A stretch of 64,000 nucleotides of DNA, taken from NCBI GenBank assembly GCA_964372275.1, contig CAYJRR010000004.1, positions 7,113-71,112 on the forward strand, given 5' to 3'. The translations under genes and the position numbers were made by a program. Positions 11,852 to 22,294 of the stretch are shown in pieces (position 1 is the stretch's first letter; each line of letters opens with the position of its first letter). The notes below the pieces were generated by a model. That model was given only the letters and a program-made list of their open reading frames with translations, was not told where the DNA came from and did not search any database. This stretch comes from an uncultured bacterium. GTDB lineage: Bacteria > CAYJRR01.

Positions 11852-11880
11852 CCGTAGCGCGGATCGACCCGCTTCAACCA

Positions 11881-12828
11881 ATGCCCGACCCCTCCCCGAC
11901 GCAAGCCCCCTCCCTCCTCGATCCCCGGGTGCTGGCGAAGATCACCAGCATGTCGCTCCTCGCCCGCTCGGTGGTGGAGGGGACGCTGACCGGGCTGCAC
12001 AAGAGTCCCCACCGCGGGACGTCGATCGAGTTCGCCGAGCACAAGGCCTACACGCCGGGGAACGAGATCCGCCACATCGACTGGAAGGTCTACGGCAAGT
12101 CGGAGAAGTACTACGTCAAGCAGTTCGAGGAGGAGACGAACCTCCGCTCCTGGATCGTCGTCGACGGATCGGGCTCGATGGGTTATGCCGGCGGCGACCG
12201 CGTTACCAAGCTCGACTACGCGCGGATGGTCGCGGCGAGCCTCGCCTACCTGCTGCTCGGACAGTCCGACGCCGTGGGACTGGCCACCACCGGCCGGGTG
12301 GCGCCGGCGGGCGAGAGCGCCCCCTCCGAGCCGGCGATGATCCCGGCGCGCGCATCGGGGACCCATCTGGCCGTCCTGTGCGATGCGCTCACCCGGCTTT
12401 TTCCCGGCGGCGCGCAGGCGGTCACCCCCGCGCTCGACCGGATCGCGGAGACGGTGCGGCGACGGGCGATGATCGTCGTCCTCTCCGACCTGTTGGAGGA
12501 TCCCGAACGGATCGGCCGCGCGCTGCGTCGGCTGGTTGGGCGCAAGCAGGACGTCGTCGTCTTCCACGTCCAGGACCCGGACGAGGTCGATCTTCCGTTC
12601 CGCGATCCGACCCGGTTCGTCGACATGGAGGGTCCGCTCGAGGTGATGGCCGATCCGCGGGCGATCCGCGCCTCCTACCGGAACGCGATGGGCGCGCACC
12701 TGGAGGCCCTCACCCGCGTCTGCCGCGTCTCCGGCATCGACTACCACCGGATGACCACCGACCGTCCGCTCGACCAGGCGCTGATCCGGTTCCTCGGCTG
12801 GCGGGCCAAGCTCGCGAGGGGGGCGTAG
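11881..12828 (+). CDS. DUF58 domain protein (MoxR-associated, vWA-like)
   Basis: ATG at 11881. The track's earlier start at 11809 would translate the repeat element. The motif HIDWKVYGKSEKYYVKQFEEET followed by DGSGSMGY is typical of DUF58. Confidence 0.8.
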   Translation: MPDPSPTQAPSLLDPRVLAKITSMSLLARSVVEGTLTGLHKSPHRGTSIEFAEHKAYTPGNEIRHIDWKVYGKSEKYYVKQFEEETNLRSWIVVDGSGSMGYAGGDRVTKLDYARMVAASLAYLLLGQSDAVGLATTGRVAPAGESAPSEPAMIPARASGTHLAVLCDALTRLFPGGAQAVTPALDRIAETVRRRAMIVVLSDLLEDPERIGRALRRLVGRKQDVVVFHVQDPDEVDLPFRDPTRFVDMEGPLEVMADPRAIRASYRNAMGAHLEALTRVCRVSGIDYHRMTTDRPLDQALIRFLGWRAKLARGA

Positions 12829-14904
12829 GTGGCGTTCGGCAACCCGCTGCTCCTCTGGGGGCTGCTCGCCGTCGCGGTGCCGCTGGCGATCCACCTCCTC
12901 CACCGGCGGCGGGCGAAGACCCTCCTCTTCCCGGCGATCGACTTCATCCTCCGCTCGCGGAAGGCGGTGCAGCGCCGGTTCCGCCTCAAACAGATCCTGT
13001 TGCTGGTGCTCCGATGCCTGCTCGTCGGAGCCGCCGCGTTCGCCGCGGCGCGGCCCCTGTTCCCCGGCAGCGACGCGGCGATCGGGCCGTCGGGCGAGCC
13101 GGCGGCGGTGGCGGTGATGATCGACCGGTCGTTTTCGATGCGCGCGCGCGCCGGCGGGGACTCGGCCTTCGACGAAGCGAAGCGCGCGGCCGAGGCGCTG
13201 ATCCGCGGCATGGGACCGGACGTCGAGGCGGTGCTCGTCCCGTTCGACGACGACGCGCGCGCCGTCCCGGCGGTCCCCACCGCCGACAAGTCGGCGCTGC
13301 TCGCCTCGCTCGCCGAGATCGCCGTCGGCTATCGCGGCACGAACCTGGCGCGCGCGACGGAGGTGGCGGCGCAGGCGATCGCCGGCAGCGAGAAGCCGCG
13401 CAAGACGGTCTATCTCTTCACCGACGGCGCGCGGGCGGGCTGGCAGGAGGTGGTCCCGCGGGATCCGGCCGACGGGATCGTCTGGCGGGTGGTCGACGTG
13501 CTCGGTCCCGTCCCGCCGAACGCCGCGGCGGCCCGCCTGGAGGTCCATGAGGAGGGGAGCGGCACGGCGGCGTCGGTGGAGGTGCGCTCGTTCGCGTCGG
13601 AGGCGCAGAACGGGCTCGCCGTCGAGATCGGGCTCGGCGATCGCCCCGCCGGCCGGAACTTCGTCGACGTGCCCGCCGGCGGATCGACGACCACGACCTT
13701 CACCCTCCCGGCCCCTCCGGCCGGCCTGAACGAGGCGGTGGCGCGGATCAGCCCCGACGCGCTCGCCGAAGACGACGCGCGCTTCGCCGTCTTCCGCGGA
13801 CGCGCCCGGGTGCGGACGCTGCTCGTCGACGGCGATCCGAAGACGACGATCCGCGATGCGGAGACCTTCTTCCTCGAACGGGCGCTGGCCCCCTCGCGCG
13901 CAGCCGGCGGCTCGGTGGCGCCGGTCGTCGTCGACGCCGAGGGTCTGTCGCGCGCCGATCTCTCCCGATTCGACGTGGTGGTGCTGGCCAACGTCGGGAC
14001 GCTCCCCTCGATGACGACAGCCGCGCTGAAGCGCTGGGTGCAGAACGGCGGCGGGCTGCTCGTCGCGGCGGGCGATCGGGTCGAGGCCGACGTCGCCAAC
14101 CTCGCCTTCGGGGAGCTCCTGCCGATGCGGCTGCGCGGGACGCGGTCGGCCGTTCCCAGCGCCTCGGAAGGGGGGATGGCGGCGCACGCGACCGCGCTCA
14201 CTCTCGCCCCGGTCGGTCCCGGCCACCCGGTGACGCAGGCGATCGACACCGGAGCCGCCGACGTCTTCGGTTCGGTCGCCTTCCGCACGGTGCTGCTGCT
14301 GGAGGGGGGGAAGGCGGAGACGATCCTCCGTTTCGCCGACGGCAGCCCGGCGCTGGTCGAGCGCACGCTCGGACGAGGCCGGGTCGCGCTGTTCGCCTCC
14401 TCCCTCGACCGCGAGTGGAACGACCTGCCGATCGCGACCGTCTTCCTGCCCCTGGCGCGACGCCTGGTCCGTTACCTGGCCGGCGAGCTCGGCGAGTCGG
14501 GATCGGTCGACCTGACGGTGGGACGGCCGGTGCAGATCGAGGTCGGCGTCGACCACAAGGAGATCCGTGTCGACGGTCCGACCCCCTTCCCCGCGGCCGT
14601 CGTCCCGGTGATCCAGGGGATCGCCGAGATCGTGCCGACCGAGCCCGGGATCTACCGCCTTTCGCGCGCCGACGCCCTCCCCGACGAACGACTCGCCTCG
14701 AAGGGGTTCGCCGTCAACGTCGACATCGCCGAGAGCGAGCTTCGCAACGTCGACGACGCCGAGATCGCGCGCGTCTTTCCGGGCTCCGAGTCGGAGCCGG
14801 TCGGCGGCACCGCGGGGAGCTCCCCCGACCGGCCGATGTGGACCGTCTTCCTGGCGGTGGCGCTGGTGGCGCTGATCGCCGAAGGGATGGTGACCGGCGC
14901 ATGA
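12829..14904 (+). CDS. BatA-like aerotolerance-type membrane protein with VWA domain
   Basis: GTG start at 12829 with a GAGGGGGG ribosome-binding site. The N-terminal BatA-type domain has two transmembrane helices (LLLWGLLAVAVPLAIHLL). A VWA-like MIDRSFSM region follows. Confidence 0.75.
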   Translation: MAFGNPLLLWGLLAVAVPLAIHLLHRRRAKTLLFPAIDFILRSRKAVQRRFRLKQILLLVLRCLLVGAAAFAAARPLFPGSDAAIGPSGEPAAVAVMIDRSFSMRARAGGDSAFDEAKRAAEALIRGMGPDVEAVLVPFDDDARAVPAVPTADKSALLASLAEIAVGYRGTNLARATEVAAQAIAGSEKPRKTVYLFTDGARAGWQEVVPRDPADGIVWRVVDVLGPVPPNAAAARLEVHEEGSGTAASVEVRSFASEAQNGLAVEIGLGDRPAGRNFVDVPAGGSTTTTFTLPAPPAGLNEAVARISPDALAEDDARFAVFRGRARVRTLLVDGDPKTTIRDAETFFLERALAPSRAAGGSVAPVVVDAEGLSRADLSRFDVVVLANVGTLPSMTTAALKRWVQNGGGLLVAAGDRVEADVANLAFGELLPMRLRGTRSAVPSASEGGMAAHATALTLAPVGPGHPVTQAIDTGAADVFGSVAFRTVLLLEGGKAETILRFADGSPALVERTLGRGRVALFASSLDREWNDLPIATVFLPLARRLVRYLAGELGESGSVDLTVGRPVQIEVGVDHKEIRVDGPTPFPAAVVPVIQGIAEIVPTEPGIYRLSRADALPDERLASKGFAVNVDIAESELRNVDDAEIARVFPGSESEPVGGTAGSSPDRPMWTVFLAVALVALIAEGMVTGA

Positions 14905-15653
14905 ACCGCCGCCGCCTCACGGCGCTCCTTCCGCTGGTGGCGGGAGGGATGCTGCTGCCCCGGCGGGCGGCGGCGATCGGGGCCCGCACCGCCTTCACCA
15001 TCGCGCGCCTGCGGCACGGCGGCGAGTGGAACCCGCGCCCGAACGCCGCGCGGCGGATCATGGCCGAGGTGGCGAAGGCGACCTCGGTGGAGACGGCCGA
15101 ATCGCCGGTCGACCTGGAGGCGACCGATCCGTCGATCTTCGACCATCCGTTCCTCTACCTCACCGGGACGGGCGAGCTCCCCCCCTTCTCGGCGAAGGCG
15201 CGGGAGGTCCTCGGACGCTACCTCCGCTATGGCGGGTTCCTGTTCGCCGACGGCGCCGCGGGCGAGGCGGACGGCGCATTCGACCGCACGTTCCGCCGCG
15301 AGATCGCCGCCATCCTCCCCGACGGCCCGCTTTCGCGCCTCGACGACGACCACTCCATCTTCCGCTCGTTCTTCCTGGTGAACCGAGTCGTCGGCCGCGT
15401 CGCGGAGCGCCCGTTCCTCGAGGGGATCTCCCTCGCCGACTGGACCCCCGTCGTCTACACCCCGAACGACCTCGGCGGCGCCCTCGAACGCGATCCGTTC
15501 GGAAACTACCGCTTCGACGTCAGCCCCGGCGGGGAGGAGCAACGCTCCTGGGCGGCGCGTCTGGCGGTGAACCTCGTCCTCTACGCCCTGACGGTGAACT
15601 ACAAGAAGGACCAGATCCACGTCGAAGCGGTGCTGCGGCGGAGGCGGCGATGA
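14901..15653 (+). CDS. DUF4159 domain protein
   Basis: ATG at 14901 overlaps the upstream stop. Signal peptide present. The C-terminal NLVLYALTVNYKKDQIHV is the characteristic DUF4159 ending. Confidence 0.7.
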   Translation: MNRRRLTALLPLVAGGMLLPRRAAAIGARTAFTIARLRHGGEWNPRPNAARRIMAEVAKATSVETAESPVDLEATDPSIFDHPFLYLTGTGELPPFSAKAREVLGRYLRYGGFLFADGAAGEADGAFDRTFRREIAAILPDGPLSRLDDDHSIFRSFFLVNRVVGRVAERPFLEGISLADWTPVVYTPNDLGGALERDPFGNYRFDVSPGGEEQRSWAARLAVNLVLYALTVNYKKDQIHVEAVLRRRRR

Positions 15654-18046
15654 TCTCGCCGTCGAGCCTGCTCGCCAGGCTCGCCGGCGAGGACCCGGCG
15701 AGCTTCGACACGGTGCGGGTCTCGCTCGCCAGTCCCGTTCCGGGCTGGCTCTGTCTCCTGCTCGCGTTGTTTCTCGCGGCGGCGCTCTGGATCTCCTTCC
15801 GCGCGTCGTCCGACCTTTCGGCGCGGCGGCGTTCGATCCTCGCGGGATTGAGGGTCGCCGGCGGCGCCGCCGTCCTCGCCCTCTTCCTACAGCCCGAGCT
15901 TCGGCTCCTGAAGACGGCGAAGATCCCGACGCGCGCGGTGGTGATGGTCGACCTCTCGGCCTCGATGAGCGTCAAGGACGCGCCCGGCGAGGTCAGCCGC
16001 TGGACCTGGGCGCGCGACTACGCCGAGAAGCTGGCGGCGGCGCTCCGGCTCCGGGCGGTCGAGGTCACGGTGGAGACGGTCGCCTTCGACGAGGCGCCGC
16101 GACCGATGCCCCCCTCGGGCGAGTCGGCGAGCCTGGGGGCGGTGCCGGTGCCGAAGGTTCCGTGGGGACGCCGTACCGACGTGGGCGGGTCGCTCGCCGG
16201 CCTTCCGACGCGCCACCCCGGCGAGACGATCGCGGCGGTGGTCGTCGTATCCGACGGCGCCGACCACGGCTCATTGCAGCGCACACTGCGCGCGGAGCCG
16301 ACCCCGGAGCCGATCGGGCTGCTTGGCGGGGCGAAGGTCTACACGGCGCAGGCGGGGGACCCGGCTCTGTTCCGCGACGTCGGCGTCGGCGACCTCCGGG
16401 TCGACGACTTCGGCTTCGTCCACAACCCGGTCAAGGTCGAGGCGGAGATCGACGTCGTCGGCTACGACGGAAAGCGCGTTCCGGTGACGATCTCCTCCGA
16501 CCAGGGGGTGATCACCACCAAGACGGTCGTCGCCCGCGGCGGCAACCACCGCGAGAAGGTCGAGTTCGAGGTCACGCCGCGGCGCACCGGCACCTTCGTC
16601 TACACCGTCGCGACCAGCCGCTACGCCGACGAGTCGGTCGAGGGGAACAACAGCCGCCCGTTCGCCATCAAGGTGATCCGCGACAAGACGCGCGTGCTGC
16701 ACATCGCGGGGATGCCGTCGTGGGACGAGAAGTTCCTGCGGCAGCTGCTGAAGAACGACCCGAACGTCGATCTGGTCTCGTTCTTCATCCTGCGCACCCC
16801 CTACGACGTCAGCCAGTACCCCACCGAGGCCTACTCGCTGATCCCCTTCCCCACCGACGAGCTGTTCAACGAGCGGCTGTCCACCTTCGACCTCGTCGTC
16901 TTCCAGAACTTCACCTACCGGAACTACTTCGGCTACAACCAGAACCTCTACCTCTCGGCGCTGCGCGACTTCACCCGCAAAGGGGGCGGATTCGTGATGG
17001 TCGGCGGGGAGAACTCCTTCGGCGCCGGCCAATACGCGGGGACGCCGATCGAAGAGGTGCTCCCGGTCGACGTGCGCGGAGGAGCCGGGACCGGAGAAGG
17101 CTCGACCGATCCGTCGAGCTATCAGATGGCCCTCACCGAGGCGGGGAAGGTCCATCCGATCACCACGCTCGACTTCGACGCCGAGGCGAACGCCAAGCTG
17201 TGGGGCTCGTTGCCGCCGCTGCTCGGGTTCCACACCGACCTCGCGCCGAAGCCGGACGCCACCGTCCTCGGCGTGGTGCCGGGGCGGCGCTCGCCCGGCG
17301 GAGGGCCGCTGCCGGCGCTCGTCGTCCGGCGCGTCGGCGAAGGACGGTCGATGGCGCTCAACACCGACACCACCTGGCGCTGGAACTTCTCCAACGTCGG
17401 CGCCGGCGGCACCGCCGCCCCGTATCTGAAGTTCTGGCAGAACGCGATCCGCTGGCTGATCAAGGATCCCGACCTGAAGCAGGTGCGGGTGCTGCTCGAC
17501 AAGGACAACTACTTCGCCGGCGAAGTCGTGCACGCCAAGGTGGTGGCGGTCGGCAGCGGCTACCAGCCGCTCAAAGGGGCGAAGGTCGAGGTGCGGGTGA
17601 GCGCCGAGGCCGCGTCCGGCGCCGAGGGGGCGGAGTCCGAGCTTCCGCCGGTGCCGCCGGGACTGACCGGCGACTCGGGCGAGTACCGCTTCGAGCTCCG
17701 TCCCGGCGGACGCGGCATCTACCGCGTCCAGGCCGAGGTGCAGCTCCCGGATCGGGTCGTGGAGCGCGACGAGGCGATCTTCGCGTTCGAGACCGAGGAT
17801 CCGGAGCTGGAGCGCGCCTTCGTCGATCCCGCTTTCCTGAACGACCTGGCGCAACGCGGCGGCGGCAAGGTCCTCCCCCTCGATCCCAAGGCCGCCGCGG
17901 CCCAGATCGTCCTCCCGCCGACGCCGCCGGTGCGGATCGTCGGCGAGCGGCGCTTGGGCCTGTGGGATCGGCCGTTCGTGCTGCTGCTGGTGTTGGGAAT
18001 CGTGGCCACCGAGTGGGGCCTGCGCCGCCGGTGGGGACTGCTGTAG
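15650..18046 (+). CDS. large membrane protein with BatA-like N-terminus, VWA-like domain and GATase1-like (DUF1355-type) domain
   Basis: ATG at 15650 overlaps the upstream stop. N-terminal transmembrane helices, then VVMVDLSASMSVKD (VWA-like), then FVMVGGENSFGAGQYAGTPIEEVLPV (class-I glutamine amidotransferase-like fold), and a C-terminal transmembrane helix. Confidence 0.7.
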   Translation: MISPSSLLARLAGEDPASFDTVRVSLASPVPGWLCLLLALFLAAALWISFRASSDLSARRRSILAGLRVAGGAAVLALFLQPELRLLKTAKIPTRAVVMVDLSASMSVKDAPGEVSRWTWARDYAEKLAAALRLRAVEVTVETVAFDEAPRPMPPSGESASLGAVPVPKVPWGRRTDVGGSLAGLPTRHPGETIAAVVVVSDGADHGSLQRTLRAEPTPEPIGLLGGAKVYTAQAGDPALFRDVGVGDLRVDDFGFVHNPVKVEAEIDVVGYDGKRVPVTISSDQGVITTKTVVARGGNHREKVEFEVTPRRTGTFVYTVATSRYADESVEGNNSRPFAIKVIRDKTRVLHIAGMPSWDEKFLRQLLKNDPNVDLVSFFILRTPYDVSQYPTEAYSLIPFPTDELFNERLSTFDLVVFQNFTYRNYFGYNQNLYLSALRDFTRKGGGFVMVGGENSFGAGQYAGTPIEEVLPVDVRGGAGTGEGSTDPSSYQMALTEAGKVHPITTLDFDAEANAKLWGSLPPLLGFHTDLAPKPDATVLGVVPGRRSPGGGPLPALVVRRVGEGRSMALNTDTTWRWNFSNVGAGGTAAPYLKFWQNAIRWLIKDPDLKQVRVLLDKDNYFAGEVVHAKVVAVGSGYQPLKGAKVEVRVSAEAASGAEGAESELPPVPPGLTGDSGEYRFELRPGGRGIYRVQAEVQLPDRVVERDEAIFAFETEDPELERAFVDPAFLNDLAQRGGGKVLPLDPKAAAAQIVLPPTPPVRIVGERRLGLWDRPFVLLLVLGIVATEWGLRRRWGLL

Positions 18047-18180
18047 TGCGCGGCGGCCGCGGAACGGCGGACCGGGCGCCGCGAACCGGCACGCGCGCGG
18101 CGCCCTTCCGATCGCCGGATCACGCCGCGCGCACGGGACGTTCCTACCGGGTCGCGGCGCGCCTCCTCCTCCTGCCGTCG

Positions 18181-19653
18181 GTGTTCGCACTCGCGTGCAC
18201 GCGCGGATGCGGCCGGGCCGACCGTCCGGCGCCGAGCCGATCCGATCCGGCGACCGCCACCGCGCCGGGCGCGCCGGCCGCCGCGCCGCCGGAGGCCCCC
18301 GCGGTCACGCCGGCCGGGCTCGGACTGGTCGATCCGTTCGACGACGTGGCGAAGAGGGAGAAGACGGTGGTCGTGGCCGCCCGCGTCGCCGCCTGGAGTG
18401 CGGGGCTCGCGAACGACACGGTGACCGTCGCCGACGTCGAGCCGCTGCGCCTCCCCTCGGGGTTCGACCCTGCCTGGGAGGCCGAGCTCCGGGCGCCCTC
18501 CTTCGATCTCACCGTCTTTCCCGGATGGCGGCGGGTCGCCGTCCGGTCGACGGGCGGCCTCCTGGTGGAGGTGACGTCCGGGTCCGAGCGGCCCACGGCG
18601 AACCCGGTCTTCCGGCCCGGCCGCCGTCTTGCGTTCGCGGTCGAGCGGCAGCCGTCCTTCGTCAGCCGTGCCGTCTGGTCGGTGGTCTCGGTCGCCGACG
18701 AGTCCGTGATCCCGTCGATCCGGTCCGGGTCGCCGACGCCGGCCGTTTCGGCGGGCGTGATGGCCCGCCCGGCGGAGCCCGTCTTCGAGGATCTGCTGGC
18801 GGCGGTCGCCACGCAGCCGGATCCGACGGCCGTCGTCGTCGGGCGGGTCGACGGCCACGTCGCCGTCGTCGACATGCGCGACCGGACCCCCGGCGACATG
18901 CTCAAGATCTCGCTCACCGAAACGCTCCGGATTCCGGAGAGCCTCGAACCGCACCGTACGGCGCTGATGGGGACGGCGACGTTCATGTTCTTCCGGAGGG
19001 GCGTCACGGCGGTCGACGCCGGCGGGGGGATCGCCTACCGCGTCCCCGCGGAGGGGCCCGCGAAGTCGGCCCTCTTCGAGCCCGGACGGGAGTGGGTCTT
19101 CGCCGTGAAGCGGACGCCGGGGACCCACCTGTGCGGCGAGTCGTTCTGCGAGTGGGGGATCGTGGCCGTGGCCGATCGGTCGACGCTGCCGGCGATCCGC
19201 GACGCCATCGACCGGGACCGGGCGGCGACCGACGCGGCGACCGTCGAACTGGAGGCGGTCCGCACGCGCCTGTTGGCCGCGCTCGCGCGGCGCGACGCCA
19301 AGACGATCGCGGAGATCGAAGGGTTCGCGCGGTCGAAGTACGTCGGCGAGTGCGACGCGTACGGGGAGTACCCGCCGTACGAATCGCACTTCCGCCTCGA
19401 CGATCCGGAAAGCCCGTTCTGGACCGACCTTCCGGCGGTGCTCCGCGGGACCCGGCCGACGTCCGAGCGAAGCACGCCGCGGTACGACGGCGTCCGCGGT
19501 CGCGAACCGGAGCTGCAGGCGGTCTTCGCGAGCGAGACCGGGACCGCGTGGTTCACGTTCGACGAGACCGTACGGACGTGGCGGCTGTCCGACCTCCACC
19601 TGCGCCAGCTCCCGCCGCGCGAAGCGGCGATGCCGAGCTGCGAAGGCCACTAG
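18181..19653 (+). CDS. hypothetical protein (possibly periplasmic)
   Basis: Frame-1 continuation after 18046 has protein-like composition; the competing frames are Arg-rich. The first in-frame canonical start is GTG at 18181, so the true start is uncertain. Confidence 0.35.
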   Translation: MFALACTRGCGRADRPAPSRSDPATATAPGAPAAAPPEAPAVTPAGLGLVDPFDDVAKREKTVVVAARVAAWSAGLANDTVTVADVEPLRLPSGFDPAWEAELRAPSFDLTVFPGWRRVAVRSTGGLLVEVTSGSERPTANPVFRPGRRLAFAVERQPSFVSRAVWSVVSVADESVIPSIRSGSPTPAVSAGVMARPAEPVFEDLLAAVATQPDPTAVVVGRVDGHVAVVDMRDRTPGDMLKISLTETLRIPESLEPHRTALMGTATFMFFRRGVTAVDAGGGIAYRVPAEGPAKSALFEPGREWVFAVKRTPGTHLCGESFCEWGIVAVADRSTLPAIRDAIDRDRAATDAATVELEAVRTRLLAALARRDAKTIAEIEGFARSKYVGECDAYGEYPPYESHFRLDDPESPFWTDLPAVLRGTRPTSERSTPRYDGVRGREPELQAVFASETGTAWFTFDETVRTWRLSDLHLRQLPPREAAMPSCEGH

Positions 19654-19841
19654 CTTCGACCTAGACGCAGTGCGCCAAAAGTCGTACGGCCAGGCTGTCA
19701 CACCGACCGAAACGGCGGCGGCGGATGACTCTTCGTTCATCGAAATCCGGCCCCGTCCCGATCGCTTGCGCGGCCGCACCGGGTGCGGCGTTCGTGGCGC
19801 GCTCCTTGCTCACTTGGGCTGTCTTCCGGGGGAGGCGCTCG

Positions 19842-20411
19842 ATGGTGCGTGTGCGTTGGTTGCCGTTGTTTGCACTCGTGGTGGTGGCGGCGTTCGCGTG
19901 TGAAGGGGTCGACACCGGCGCGGGCGCCATCGAATCGCCGACGCCCGCCGGGGACGACGACGACGACGCGATCGGCGATGACGACGACGACGACGGGTCG
20001 CCGCCGCCGACCAACACGCCGAACGCGACGCCGACGCCGGCCGGCGGTGGCGAGGAGATCGAGCCGAACGGAAACGAGACGCAAGCGACGTATCTCGGCG
20101 GCTCCGGATCGAAGTCGTTCAGCGGAACCTGCGCCGACGGGCTCGACGACGACATCTTCAAGGTGGACGCCGGCGCCGGCACGCTCTCGGCGACGCTCAC
20201 CTGGAACGAAGGGGCCGCCGGCGAGGACCTCGACCTCTACCTCTACGACTACGACCTCTGGGTCTTCAACTGGGACGACGCCACGCCGCCCGGCGACAGT
20301 CCGATCGCGTTGCAGCTGGCGCTCGACCAGCCGTACGAGATCTACGTCGCCGTCGTCTGCTGGGGGCCCTCCCCGAACGTCCCCTACTCGGGTACGCTCG
20401 TCGTGCCTTGA
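19842..20411 (+). CDS. lipoprotein with Asp-rich linker and pre-peptidase C-terminal (PPC)-like domain
   Basis: ATG at 19842 with a GGGGGAGG ribosome-binding site. The lipobox is LVVVAAFAC. A poly-Asp stretch is followed by a beta-rich domain (GTLSATLTW..DLDLYLYD) resembling PPC/CUB-type domains. Confidence 0.65.
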   Translation: MVRVRWLPLFALVVVAAFACEGVDTGAGAIESPTPAGDDDDDAIGDDDDDDGSPPPTNTPNATPTPAGGGEEIEPNGNETQATYLGGSGSKSFSGTCADGLDDDIFKVDAGAGTLSATLTWNEGAAGEDLDLYLYDYDLWVFNWDDATPPGDSPIALQLALDQPYEIYVAVVCWGPSPNVPYSGTLVVP

Positions 20412-20881
20412 CGGCCCCGTTCGACGACAAGCCGGCGCTGCTTCGCCTCCTCAACCAGGCGATGGTCGAGGGGGTGCCGTACAACACGGCGCTGGGGCTG
20501 ACGGTGATCGACGCCGCGCCGGCGGTGGCGACGACGATGCTGCCGTACCGGGCGGAACTGGTCGGCAATCCGGAGACGGGGGTGCTGCACGGCGGCGCGA
20601 TCACCGGGATGATCGACGCCACCTGCGGCCTGGCGATCTTCCTGCGGCTGCCGCAGCCGACGCGGATCGCGACGCTCGACCTGCGCATCGACTACCTGAA
20701 GCCCGCCGCCGCGGGCCGCGACGTGCGCGCGCGCGCCGAATGCTACAAGCTGACCCGGCGCGTCGCCTTCGTCCGCGCCGTCGCCTACCACGACGATCCG
20801 GCCGACCCGATCGCCTCCTCCGCCGGAACGTTCATGGTGTTCGACGAAGGATCCTCGCCGATCGCGGAGGCGATGAAATGA
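20408..20881 (+). CDS. PaaI-family hotdog-fold thioesterase
   Basis: TTG start at 20408. The motif HGGAITGMIDATCGLA is typical of PaaI/YbgC-like acyl-CoA thioesterases. 157 aa. Confidence 0.7.
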   Translation: MTAPFDDKPALLRLLNQAMVEGVPYNTALGLTVIDAAPAVATTMLPYRAELVGNPETGVLHGGAITGMIDATCGLAIFLRLPQPTRIATLDLRIDYLKPAAAGRDVRARAECYKLTRRVAFVRAVAYHDDPADPIASSAGTFMVFDEGSSPIAEAMK

Positions 20882-21408
20882 GCTCCGGCTCCGGCGGCCC
20901 TCCGACCTCGGGCGAGGAACGGGTCGACCTGACGGCGCTCGCGCGCAAGGCCCGCGAGAGCGGCGACTGGGGTCCGTTCGCCCGCGCCCTCCCCTTCGCC
21001 CGGTTTGCCGGTATCGAGGACGTCGTCCTCGACGAGCGAGCGGGTGGACCGCGCCGGTCGACGGCCATCCTTCGCTACGCGCCCCACGTCGTCGGCAATT
21101 CTCTGCTGCCGGCGCTCCACGGCGGTGCGGTCGGGGCGCTGCTCGAATGCGCGTCGATGTTCGAGCTCCTCCGCGCAGGCCACTCGGGTCAGTTCCCCAA
21201 GATCGTCAACATCACCATCCAGTACCTGCGATCGGCGCACGCCACCGACACCTTCGCCCGCGCCGAGATCACCCGGAAGGGTCGCCGCGTGGCCAACGTC
21301 CGCGCGGTGGCGTGGCAGGAGTCCCCCGAAAAGCCGGTCGCCACCTCCGACGCACAGTTCCTGCTGGCGGAAACGGTCACGGAACGAGATCGCCCGGCGC
21401 CGCGGTGA
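20878..21408 (+). CDS. PaaI-family hotdog-fold thioesterase (tandem paralogue)
   Basis: ATG at 20878 overlaps the upstream stop (ATGA). HGGAVGALLECASM is the equivalent motif to the upstream gene's HGGAITGMIDATCG. 176 aa. Confidence 0.7.
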   Translation: MSSGSGGPPTSGEERVDLTALARKARESGDWGPFARALPFARFAGIEDVVLDERAGGPRRSTAILRYAPHVVGNSLLPALHGGAVGALLECASMFELLRAGHSGQFPKIVNITIQYLRSAHATDTFARAEITRKGRRVANVRAVAWQESPEKPVATSDAQFLLAETVTERDRPAPR

Positions 21409-22176
21409 GACAGACTTCGGGCTTGGAGAAGACGGCGACCAGCCGGTAGCGGCGGTTCGGCCCGCCCTGCCGGGTAGGATCGGCTACGCGCGCGTAGATC
21501 GGCGCGCGCGAACGGGTCGTCGTCCAGGCGCAGCGATGCTCGCTGCGGGCGAGCGGCCTTCCGTCGCCGGCGAACAGCTCCACGATCGGCGCGAAGTCGG
21601 AGGGGGGTTCGTTCCCTGGGGCGGTGCCCAGGAGATCGACGCGCACCACGATCGTCTTGGCGGCGCCGGTGCCCGGCTGGATGCGGAACAGGTCGACGTC
21701 CCCCGGGGGATCGATCGCGGCGGCGTCGGGCTGCGCGATGGACTCGCTCGACGACGGCGGCCTTCCGAGGTCGAAGACGGTCGACGGCGTCACCTCGAAC
21801 GCCCACGGCGCCACCGCCAGCTCGTCTCCGCTCACCACCGCCAGGTCCTTGGGCCCCGTCCCGGCCGCGATCGAGACCAGCCCCTGCGCGATCAGCCGCG
21901 CGGACGACTCGACCGCGATCACCTGCAGCTCCTCGAACGCCGGCTGGTGGAGAAAGGTGCCGGCGTCGAAGTGCGTGCCCGACCCGGTTCCGACCACGGC
22001 GAACTGCAGCCGCTCGCCGCGCTCGACCCGCGCGCCGCCGGAGAGGGAGACGACCTCGCGCACCACCGCCTGCGGCCCGGGCGTCGGCACCGGCCGCGCC
22101 CGGTCGGGGGAGGATCCGTCGCACGCGGCGACGCCGACGGTGAGCAGGAGTGACCGGGGCCGGCGCCACGCGCGCA
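21377..22176 (-). CDS. lipoprotein, hypothetical
   Basis: ATG at 22176. The signal/lipobox is MRAWRRPRSLLLTVGVAAC. Only the C-terminal 266 aa of the 607-aa track ORF are protein-like. Divergent from the next lipoprotein gene. Confidence 0.55.
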
Positions 22177-22294
22177 TCGGGCCGACCGTAGCACGGTGAC
22201 GCCGGCGCGATCCGCCCGGCGCGCCCTGGACCGCGGGCGCTCTTCGGACGATACTTCGCCGTTCCGGCGGGGCACGTTCGCCGGCGGAGGAACG

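Noticed and set aside
11809-11880. Longer DUF58 start at 11809 (MAGFPFSIFHFPFS...)
   Set aside because: It would translate the CATTTTC repeat arm into a Phe/Ser/Ile repeat peptide. The ATG at 11881 gives a normal DUF58 N-terminus.
11848-14556. 902-aa minus-strand ORF antisense to the DUF58 and BatA-like genes
   Set aside because: Arg/Gly-rich antisense artefact. The plus-strand genes have clear family motifs and coupled start codons.
16162-19653. 1163-aa plus-strand ORF
   Set aside because: The first ~2 kb is an alternative frame of the VWA/GATase1 membrane protein gene and is Arg-rich. Only the portion after 18046 (from GTG 18181) was kept, as a low-confidence hypothetical.
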